From: an uncultured Bacilli bacterium
Lineage (GTDB): Bacteria; Bacillota_I; Bacilli_A; RF39; UBA660
Reading direction: 5' to 3'
Assembly (NCBI GenBank): GCA_934130175.1
Contig: CAKOXP010000008.1
Coordinates: 181 to 64,180, forward strand
DNA length: 64,000 nt
The notes under the pieces: generated by a model
Told to the model about the DNA's origin: nothing
Databases searched by the model: none
What the model saw: only the letters and a program-made list of their open reading frames with translations
Made by a program: the position numbers and the translations under genes
Shown here: piece by piece, positions 15,546-23,633 of the stretch
Numbering within the stretch: the first letter of the stretch is position 1
How the letters are laid out: each line of letters opens with the position of its first letter

Positions 15546-17852
15546 TTAATCATCCAAGAAAGATAAATCGTTCTGTTTTTCTAAAGTAATAGTATCCTTA
15601 TTAGTCATAAAGCAAAGATCTTTATACTTACAATAACAACAAGATAAATTAGAGTTATCCATCACTTTGGGATCAATTCTAAAATCTGCATCCAAGATAT
15701 AATCAACTGCTTCATTAATTTTCTTATCCGTATAAGTTAAGATGTTATCAAATTCTTCATCATTAAGAACCTTTGCATAAGCAGAAAATGATGAATCCTT
15801 ATTTAATTTCATACTTTTGATAAGTTCACTCTTCTCATAAGTTTTATCAAAATCACTTAATACTTCTAAATCTGCTGTCGAATATCCTTGTAATTTTAAA
15901 TTTTCAAGTCTCATTTCTTCTAAAGTTTTTGAAGAAGAAAAGCTATTATTTGAATTTAAAACTTTTTGTAAATATATACCAGCAATTCTTGGATTTGTAA
16001 ATAATCCTGATTTATTAACTAAATATAAATATATAGGTAACTGCATACTTAAACCGTATTTTAAGTTATTAATATTTGTCGTAATACTTCCTGTTTTATA
16101 ATCAATTATACTAACTAGATTATTGTGATACATTATTTTATCTATTTTACCAGTTAAGATTGTATCTATTTGTTTATCTAATTTAACATTAACTTCTTTT
16201 TCATATAATTTATCTTTAAAATTTGTTAGTAAATCTTGATCCTTAATTATTCTAATATCTTCTTTTAAATCTTCTTTTAAATTGTCTAAGAAAAATCTTT
16301 CTTTTAAACTCAAGGTTTGTTTTTCTAAATAAGAATCCCATTCCCTATCTAAATTAAATAATGGATTATCCATAACTGAAAATATATAATGAAATAAATT
16401 ACCAATAACAGTTGAAAAATTCGATTTATATGGATCTATTTTCAAAATATACTTTATATAATATTGAAACTTACATAGATAAAAACTATTTAGTGAAGTA
16501 TAACTTACTTTTAGATATGAATTTAAGTATTCATAGAGTTCTTCTTTCTTAACATTCTTATATTTGTTGTCATATGTATTATATGGAATCACATAATGAC
16601 TATATAATTTCTTTAGATAATCATCTATTTCATTATATTTATAATAATTATCTAATTTTTCACCAAGTAATAACTTATTATATAAATTACTATTAGTAGT
16701 ATTCATTTTATAATCTATAACTTCTAGATTTAATTCATCTATTAAACTTGATTTTAGATATTCATTAAAACTACTTTTATCTTTGTATGATAAAATGCAA
16801 TTTTTTGTATTTGAAATTATACTAATAACACGTTCTTTTTCTTTCTTATTTTTTATATATGAAGGCATTAATCCAACAGTTAGTTTTAACTTATCGGACA
16901 AATAGTCCTCATCCTTATATATCTTAGGCAATACATCTTGATTTAAACTTACAATAAATAAATAGTTATCATCATCTACTATAGGAATATCAGAGACTAC
17001 ATTAATAGCATTATCATATCTAGTAGAGCTTAGTTTAGTACTTTTTAAAGTATCAACTAAAAATTCTTGATAATTAGGACTATCTTCAATATCTTTTAAA
17101 GAATTTATCACATCAACCAACTTTTTAACTATAGGATTAATAAATCCTGGTAATTCCTTTGTTTCTAAATATTTCTTAACAATACTAGTACCATATAAAT
17201 TTTGATTTAAATTAATATTAAGTGGAATATTATAATAAGAAAATAATTTATACATTAGAAAACTATATTCACTATCTACATTAGAAATAATTATCTTATT
17301 TAGTGGTACACCTTTATCTATTAAAGATAGGATATTTTCTATCACGAATATAATTTCCTCTTCTAAGCTACTACAATGATATACAGGAATATTTATATTC
17401 TTTGGTTTCAAGTTAACAATTTTATTATTTTTGAAAATTTCTTCTTCATAAGGTTCAAGCAAAAAATAATTATATATTAAAATATTCTTATTTTTTATAT
17501 AGTTTTTGAATAAGAAGTTAAATTCCAAATAGTTATTTTCTATTAAATCTTTCTTTATATTTTGAAGACTAATTAGCTTGGAATCATTATAATTCTTTTC
17601 TACATCTATAAAATATAAATTGTTTATGATTGTCTTTGCTGTTGAAATATTATAATGATATTTAGAAATTAAATAATCAAGTGTTTTATTCTCATATGAA
17701 AAAAAGTAAGATTTTCTAAACTCCTCTAAAGAGATAAATTTTATTGGTACTAGGCTATCTGAATACTTTTTTAAAATATATTTTTTTGTTTTGTTAGGAG
17801 TAATTAATATTGTATCTTCATTCATGTTAAGTTCTAAATCCATAAGTTTCAC
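15546..17852 (-). CDS. addB: Helicase-nuclease subunit B, compact form (768 aa)
   Basis: C-terminal RecB-type nuclease IIDYKTG plus an Fe-S cysteine pattern (an upstream Cys in FYLCKF, then C-x2-C-x5-C in SCCYCKYKDLC). No intact Walker A at the N-terminus. Confidence 0.8.
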   Translation of the reverse strand: MKLMDLELNMNEDTILITPNKTKKYILKKYSDSLVPIKFISLEEFRKSYFFSYENKTLDYLISKYHYNISTAKTIINNLYFIDVEKNYNDSKLISLQNIKKDLIENNYLEFNFLFKNYIKNKNILIYNYFLLEPYEEEIFKNNKIVNLKPKNINIPVYHCSSLEEEIIFVIENILSLIDKGVPLNKIIISNVDSEYSFLMYKLFSYYNIPLNINLNQNLYGTSIVKKYLETKELPGFINPIVKKLVDVINSLKDIEDSPNYQEFLVDTLKSTKLSSTRYDNAINVVSDIPIVDDDNYLFIVSLNQDVLPKIYKDEDYLSDKLKLTVGLMPSYIKNKKEKERVISIISNTKNCILSYKDKSSFNEYLKSSLIDELNLEVIDYKMNTTNSNLYNKLLLGEKLDNYYKYNEIDDYLKKLYSHYVIPYNTYDNKYKNVKKEELYEYLNSYLKVSYTSLNSFYLCKFQYYIKYILKIDPYKSNFSTVIGNLFHYIFSVMDNPLFNLDREWDSYLEKQTLSLKERFFLDNLKEDLKEDIRIIKDQDLLTNFKDKLYEKEVNVKLDKQIDTILTGKIDKIMYHNNLVSIIDYKTGSITTNINNLKYGLSMQLPIYLYLVNKSGLFTNPRIAGIYLQKVLNSNNSFSSSKTLEEMRLENLKLQGYSTADLEVLSDFDKTYEKSELIKSMKLNKDSSFSAYAKVLNDEEFDNILTYTDKKINEAVDYILDADFRIDPKVMDNSNLSCCYCKYKDLCFMTNKDTITLEKQNDLSFLDD

Positions 17853-17914
17853 CTTTAAATATTATAGCATATAAATTATTATTTTAGAAAAGAAAAAAAC
17901 ATCCAAAGATGTTG

Positions 17915-18457
17915 TCAAATAGCATATGATATTGTTCCTATTACTTTGGCACTTGTTATCTTGGTACCAGTTAGCTCTCTTAACATAACATCACCATTTG
18001 GTTTAATTGTCAAGAATGCGGTATTACTAACACTACTTTCTTGCCAAACAATTCCATCAACCTGTTGTCTTGGTCTGTAATCAGTTGGTATATTAAATAC
18101 AACATTTGTAGTTGGTGATTTTACGTAAACCCCAATATTTATAATGACTGTACTAGATGTTTTTGCATAATAATTATTATGCAGAGAATCATTTATTAAA
18201 GTATAACCACTATTAAAATTTGAAACTATAGTCTTTTTTGTTTCTAACTTGTCTTCAATACTTGAAAGCCTAGAATTTACTTTACCACAAGTTCCATCAA
18301 TAGCTGCTTGAACGTTAGCAGCACCTAAGGATGAATTATCTGAATAACCAACTTTACTGGCACTAATTGCATAAGTTGTTGCAGCATACGTACAGCCTAT
18401 AGAAATAATACCAGTTATTAGTGTAGTAATTATAATTATCATAATTGTTTTCTTCAT
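17915..18457 (-). CDS. Small secreted protein, NVQAAIDG N-module with a unique C-terminal domain (paralog of 32339..32878)
   Basis: SD AGGTGGTG then ATG 18457. Signal peptide ...SIGCTYA, then ATTYAISASKVGYSDNSSLGAANVQAAIDGTCGKV. Confidence 0.7.
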   Translation of the reverse strand: MKKTIMIIIITTLITGIISIGCTYAATTYAISASKVGYSDNSSLGAANVQAAIDGTCGKVNSRLSSIEDKLETKKTIVSNFNSGYTLINDSLHNNYYAKTSSTVIINIGVYVKSPTTNVVFNIPTDYRPRQQVDGIVWQESSVSNTAFLTIKPNGDVMLRELTGTKITSAKVIGTISYAI

Positions 18458-18490
18458 CTTAGACACCACCTATTATACTATTCTAAGATT

Positions 18491-18504
18491 ATTATACCCA
18501 CCCC
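18491..18504 (-). promoter_or_regulatory. -10 TATAAT preceded by an interrupted G tract (GGGGTGGG)
   Basis: Minus strand reads TTGATT-18nt-TATAAT. Homologous to the G9-containing promoter at 32913..32927. Confidence 0.5.
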
Positions 18505-18508
18505 GAAA

Positions 18509-18537
18509 CAAAAAAATCAAGCAATTTCTTGCTTGAT
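18509..18537 (-). terminator. Intrinsic terminator after rpmF (part of the duplicated cassette 5' region)
   Basis: ATCAAGCAA-gaaa-TTGCTTGAT followed by T7. Confidence 0.7.
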
Positions 18538-18547
18538 TCTTAACTTA

Positions 18548-18757
18548 TTATTCTGCTACTTTTGTTTCTACTACAGTTTGTTTTTTGTAACTACCACAAT
18601 GTTTACAAACTCTGTGTGGTTTAATCATTTCTCCACATGTAGGGCATTTAGTCATACCTGGAGCTACCATAGCTTTGTGTGCTTGTCTAGTTCTTTTTCT
18701 AGTTTTAGAAACTTTACGAAATGGAACTGCAAACATTTGAATATCTAATCTCATCAT
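18548..18757 (-). CDS. rpmF: 50S ribosomal protein L32
   Basis: [19 protein letters not shown]...[26 protein letters not shown] lies 8 nt before ATG 18757; ATG 18736 is an alternative start. Confidence 0.9.
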   Translation of the reverse strand: MMRLDIQMFAVPFRKVSKTRKRTRQAHKAMVAPGMTKCPTCGEMIKPHRVCKHCGSYKKQTVVETKVAE

Positions 18758-18762
18758 CTTTA

Positions 18763-19230
18763 TCACTCCTTTTTATCAAAGTTTTCTAACAATTCACTAA
18801 ATGGATTATGTTCAAGTGAATTTTCTTCTTCACTAACTAATTTCCATCCATCCCCATGAAATTCACTGAGATTCGTAACCTTAGTAAATTTTAAGGGAAC
18901 CTCTAGTACAATATTTTCCCACAAAAACTCGAATAAATCAAGTGTATTTTGATTGTTTTTCAAGTTTTCATCTAAAATATCATTATATTCTATACTAAAT
19001 GGGTATAAAACCTCTTCAAGCGAAATATCATCTGCTAAAACCATATTACCACTTATAACTACATCTGCATATAAATTATCTTCAGAATCATAATAAAGTT
19101 TTCCTTCAACTTTAATATTATCTAGTTTTTTAACACTACTGTTTTCAAAATATGTCTTTGGAATATTTACGACTTCATTCAGCTTATATGAGTCATTAAA
19201 ATTTAAATCTATCTGCATTTGCATCACCAT
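18763..19230 (-). CDS. yceD: YceD/DUF177 family protein (23S rRNA accumulation protein)
   Basis: Acidic ~150-aa protein directly upstream of rpmF, the conserved gene pair. The start may be the fifth codon (ATG 19218). Confidence 0.7.
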   Translation of the reverse strand: MVMQMQIDLNFNDSYKLNEVVNIPKTYFENSSVKKLDNIKVEGKLYYDSEDNLYADVVISGNMVLADDISLEEVLYPFSIEYNDILDENLKNNQNTLDLFEFLWENIVLEVPLKFTKVTNLSEFHGDGWKLVSEEENSLEHNPFSELLENFDKKE

Positions 19231-19351
19231 CTAAATTATACTATGAAATATCAAAAAAGTAAATTAATGAAGTTTAAAAATATAGCAAAAATACTTTTAT
19301 TTAAAGAAAAAATATGTTAAAATTATACCTATCAAAAAGAGGTGGCGTAAT

Positions 19352-20515
19352 ATGGCTGTTGGAGTGATTGCTGAATATAATCCCTTTCATAATGGACATA
19401 TGTATCATTTAAAAAAAATCAAAGAAATGTTTCCTAACGAAGAAATTGTTGCGGTAATTTCTTCTTCTTTCACACAAAGAGGAGAACCTTCTATCATTAA
19501 TAAATGGGATAAAACTGATATTTGCTTAAAAGCTGGTATTGACCTAGTAATAGAACTACCCTATGTATTTTCTACTGAAAGTGCTGACTATTTCAGTTAT
19601 GGTGCTTTAACTATTTTAGAAAAACTAGGTGTTGATAAATTTGTTTTTGGAAGTGAAACTAATGATATTGATATCTTTGAAAAAATTGTTGATATAGAAC
19701 TTAATAATGAAGATTTTGATAAGCTTGTAAAGATATATTTAAAATTTGGTAACAATTATCCTACTGCTCTATCTTTAGCACTGAAAGATTTAGATGGAGA
19801 AGTTTTAACTTTACCGAATGATTTACTTGGAATTAGTTATGTAAAGATAATTAAAGAGAATAATTACAAGATAAAGCCCTTCTGTATTAAAAGAACAAGT
19901 GATTATAATAGTCTTAGTATTGATAATAATATTAGTAGTGCTACTGCTATTAGAAAGGCCTTAGAAGAAAAGAAAGATGTTAGTTCTTTGGTTCCAGACT
20001 TTGTTTTAGAAAAATTTAGTGAACTTCATTTTAAAGAAGATTATTTTAAATTTTTAAAATATAAGATCATGTTAGATGATAATCTGGAAAGATATCAAAC
20101 TGTCGATGAAGGATTAGGTTTTAAGTTAAAAAAAGAGATAATTTCTTCTACTAGTTACGATGAATTAATTGAAAAAATAAAATCAAAAAGATATACTCAA
20201 AATAGAATCAATAGAATGCTTAATCATATTCTATGTAATTTTACTAAAGAAAAAAAATCTAAGTGTCAAGATTTAGAATATATTAGAGTACTTGGATTTA
20301 ATGATAAAGGACAAATGTTTATTAATAAAAACAAAAAGAAATGTGACCTTCCTATTATTTCTAACTTTTCTAAAAATAAATCAATAATGATGGAACAAGA
20401 ATTTATCGCAACCTTAGTCTACGCATCTATTTTAGATGAAAAAAGAAAAAAAGAACTAATAGAAAAAGAATATAAATACCACCCAAAATATAAGGAGAAG
20501 ATGAATAATGAATAA
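19352..20515 (+). CDS. tmcAL: tRNA(Met) cytidine acetate ligase (YlbM/DUF795 nucleotidyltransferase)
   Basis: N-terminal GVIAEYNPFHNGH motif; ~390 aa. Confidence 0.8.
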   Translation: MAVGVIAEYNPFHNGHMYHLKKIKEMFPNEEIVAVISSSFTQRGEPSIINKWDKTDICLKAGIDLVIELPYVFSTESADYFSYGALTILEKLGVDKFVFGSETNDIDIFEKIVDIELNNEDFDKLVKIYLKFGNNYPTALSLALKDLDGEVLTLPNDLLGISYVKIIKENNYKIKPFCIKRTSDYNSLSIDNNISSATAIRKALEEKKDVSSLVPDFVLEKFSELHFKEDYFKFLKYKIMLDDNLERYQTVDEGLGFKLKKEIISSTSYDELIEKIKSKRYTQNRINRMLNHILCNFTKEKKSKCQDLEYIRVLGFNDKGQMFINKNKKKCDLPIISNFSKNKSIMMEQEFIATLVYASILDEKRKKELIEKEYKYHPKYKEKMNNE

Positions 20516-21173
20516 AATAAAAACACACGGACAATTAATAGTTATATCAGGACCTAGCGGTTGTGGGAAAGATACAGTTGTTAAGGAAGTGCTAAAAACA
20601 AATCCAAATGCTTGGTTATCTGTTTCTTGTACAAGTAGAAAACCTCGTCCTGGAGAAGTTAACGGAAAAGATTATTTCTTTTTATCAAGAGATGAATTTG
20701 AAAAAAAGATTGCTGATGGAGACTTACTTGAATATGCTGAATACGCCGAAAACTATTATGGAACACCTAAAGATATTATCGTTGAAAAAATTAATCAGGG
20801 TATTGACGTCATTTTAGTTATTGAAATTCAAGGTGCTTTAAAGATAAAAGAAATTTTAAAAGAAACTATTTTCGTGTTTATCCTTCCACCTACTATTAAA
20901 GAATTAAGAAGACGACTAGAAGGAAGAAAAACAGAGACAAAAGAAGTAATGATGAAACGATTTAAAACAGCTTATAGAGAAATAAATGAAGTTAATAAAT
21001 ACAACTATGTTGTTATTAATGATATTGTTGAAGAAGCTGCTAAGAAAGTTAATGCTATAATTGCTTCTGAAAAATGTCGTGTTGATCGTATTGAAGAAAC
21101 ATTTTTATCTTCCCTTGAGGAAGAAATTCACGAGCTACTAATTAGTGAAAATGAGACAATAGATATAAAATAA
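20508..21173 (+). CDS. gmk: Guanylate kinase
   Basis: GPSGCGKDT P-loop, ...EYAEYAENYYGTP, LRRRLEGRKTE. Confidence 0.9.
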   Translation: MNKIKTHGQLIVISGPSGCGKDTVVKEVLKTNPNAWLSVSCTSRKPRPGEVNGKDYFFLSRDEFEKKIADGDLLEYAEYAENYYGTPKDIIVEKINQGIDVILVIEIQGALKIKEILKETIFVFILPPTIKELRRRLEGRKTETKEVMMKRFKTAYREINEVNKYNYVVINDIVEEAAKKVNAIIASEKCRVDRIEETFLSSLEEEIHELLISENETIDIK

Positions 21174-21275
21174 TGCAAGTATAAAAGCCAAGGAAATCAA
21201 ATCTTGACTTTTTTTGATGCTTCTTTAGCCAAAATAAAGAGATTGAAAAATTCAATCTCTTTATAATTACTTTTA

Positions 21276-22685
21276 TTAGTCGATAACTTCTATTTTCATT
21301 AAGTTAGTTGTTCTATTTTCATCTGTATTAGGGAAACCACCAGTAATAATTAATTTGTCCCCTTCTTCAAGATCCATAAACTCTTTAGCTCTTTCAACAC
21401 TTAAATTTAATACTTCATCTGTTGAATTGCAAATTTTAAGATCTGCTGGATATACTCCCCAATTAAGAGCTAATCTACGTCCTGTCTTTTCATCTGGACA
21501 TAAAGCTAAGATTGGAGCTTTTGGTTTTAAATTACTAATGATAGCAGCAGTTTTTCCACTAATTGTTGCAGCACAGATTAACTTAGCACCTAAACGATTA
21601 GAACTTTCTACAACACCTTCAGCGATTGCTCCTGGAACAGTATTAACTTCTCTTCCAGTAATATAATCAAATTCTGCATACTTTTCAGCAACTTCACAAA
21701 TATTTGCCATAGCTCTTACTGTTTCAACTGGATGTTTACCAACTGTAGTTTCACCACTTAACATAACTGCATCAGTTCCATCTAATACTGCATTAGCGAT
21801 ATCAGATGTTTCAGCTCTTTTTGGACGACTATTTTCCATCATTGTTTCAAGCATTTCAGTAGCAGTAATAACTACTTTACCCATTTCACGACAGATTCTA
21901 ATCATTAATTTTTGAGCATGTGGAACTTCTTCACTTGGGATTTCTGTTCCTAAGTCTCCTCTACCAATCATAACACCATCAGATACTGTTAAGATATCTC
22001 TTAAATTATCGATACCAATTTGGTTTTCAATTTTACAAATAATTTTCATATCTTCACGATGATATTCTTTTAAGATTTCTTTTACTTCTAATACATTTTG
22101 CTTTGTAGAAACAAATGAAATAGCTAAGAATTCTCCACCATGTTCACAAGCATAAATAATATCTTGTCTATCAACATCACTAATATATGGAATATTTAAT
22201 GCTTTACCAGGAACACTCATACTCTTACGATTACCTAATGTTCCACCATTAATTATTTTACATGTAACTCCATCTTCTTCAACTGATGTTACTTCAACTT
22301 TCATTTTAGCATTTTCAAGTAAAACAGTATCACCAACTTCTAAATCACTAAGTGCTTCTGGATGATTAACTGTAAATCTTTCTTGATTACCTAAAACATC
22401 TTCTTTTACAATACGAATTGTATTACCTGGAATTAATTCAATTGAATCATTTTCTAAAACACCACTACGGAATTCAGGTCCTTTAGTATCCCATAAAAGA
22501 GCTACTGATTTTCCAGTAAGTTTTCTTACCTTACGAACTGAGTCTACTACTTTAACTCTTTCTTCCATAGTTGCATGAGAAAAGTTAATTCTTGCAACAT
22601 TCATTCCAGCTTCAACCATTTCTTTCATGACTTCAACGTCACTACTTGATGGTCCAATACTACAAACAATTTTTGTCTTTTTCAT
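21276..22685 (-). CDS. pyk: Pyruvate kinase
   Basis: MKKTKIVCSIGPSS...NFSHA...MIGRGDLG. The true start is ATG 22685 (AGGAGG upstream); the track ORF is over-extended into mutM. Confidence 0.95.
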   Translation of the reverse strand: MKKTKIVCSIGPSSSDVEVMKEMVEAGMNVARINFSHATMEERVKVVDSVRKVRKLTGKSVALLWDTKGPEFRSGVLENDSIELIPGNTIRIVKEDVLGNQERFTVNHPEALSDLEVGDTVLLENAKMKVEVTSVEEDGVTCKIINGGTLGNRKSMSVPGKALNIPYISDVDRQDIIYACEHGGEFLAISFVSTKQNVLEVKEILKEYHREDMKIICKIENQIGIDNLRDILTVSDGVMIGRGDLGTEIPSEEVPHAQKLMIRICREMGKVVITATEMLETMMENSRPKRAETSDIANAVLDGTDAVMLSGETTVGKHPVETVRAMANICEVAEKYAEFDYITGREVNTVPGAIAEGVVESSNRLGAKLICAATISGKTAAIISNLKPKAPILALCPDEKTGRRLALNWGVYPADLKICNSTDEVLNLSVERAKEFMDLEEGDKLIITGGFPNTDENRTTNLMKIEVID

Positions 22686-22794
22686 ATTACTTCTCCTCCT
22701 AAACTCACTTACCAAATATACCACAAAACAATAAAAAAAACAACTATTTAGAGTTGTTTTTACTATATTTAACAGTGTTTTAGAAAGCTTTACT

Positions 22795-23616
22795 TTATTT
22801 TTGACACTTACTACAGAAATATGTTGAACGACCATTTATTTTTATGACATCTATCTTATTACCACAATTAGGACAGTTAGCATTTTTCTTTCCATGAACA
22901 GCAAGCTCATTTTGAAACAAGCCATGCACTCCTTCACTAGAAGTAAAGCTTTTTATAGTAGTACCACCTAATTTAATTGCTTTTTCTAAAATAATTTTTG
23001 TATTATCAATTATTTTTTGACATTCATCAACAGTAATAGTTTTTGATTTTCTTCTAGGATCAATCCTACTTGCAAACAAAATTTCATCATCATAAATATT
23101 TCCTATTCCTGTAATAATAGTCTGATCTAATAAACTTGTCTTAATTGGAATAGATTTTGTACTTAATTTATCACATAAATATGTAGCAGTTAGATTTTTA
23201 TCATTATACTCATATCCCATATCTTTTAATGGAACTTGATTTAAATAATTATTTTTATCAAGTAAATACATTTTTCCAAATTTTCTAACATCGTGAAAAC
23301 GCATTTCAATATCATCATCGAGTAAAAAGACTACATGTTCATGTTTGTTTAAAGTATCGCCCTTTTTCCTAAAGGTAAATTTTCCTTCCATACGTAGGTG
23401 AATTAATAAAACATAATCATCTAAAATAAAGACTAACCACTTACCTCTTGTTGTTATATCATGAATAGTTTGATTTTTGATTTTTTTAGTAAACTCTTTG
23501 GCACTAGGAGATGATATTATATTATCCCAATAAACAGAAACATCTTTTATTGTCATTTCTAAAACTTTTTGTTTTAGTGCTTTTACTACTGTGATTACTT
23601 CTGGTTTTTCTGGCAT
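22795..23616 (-). CDS. mutM: Formamidopyrimidine-DNA glycosylase
   Basis: N-terminal MPEKPEV and a C-terminal zinc finger CPNCG...GRSTYFCSKCQK. Confidence 0.93.
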   Translation of the reverse strand: MPEKPEVITVVKALKQKVLEMTIKDVSVYWDNIISSPSAKEFTKKIKNQTIHDITTRGKWLVFILDDYVLLIHLRMEGKFTFRKKGDTLNKHEHVVFLLDDDIEMRFHDVRKFGKMYLLDKNNYLNQVPLKDMGYEYNDKNLTATYLCDKLSTKSIPIKTSLLDQTIITGIGNIYDDEILFASRIDPRRKSKTITVDECQKIIDNTKIILEKAIKLGGTTIKSFTSSEGVHGLFQNELAVHGKKNANCPNCGNKIDVIKINGRSTYFCSKCQK

Positions 23617-23633
23617 ATTATACTACCTCCTTC

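Noticed and set aside
22686-22835. 50-aa N-terminal extension of pyruvate kinase overlapping mutM.
   Set aside because: The canonical MKKTKIVCSIGP start at 22685 has a perfect AGGAGG SD. The extension has no homology logic and begins inside mutM.
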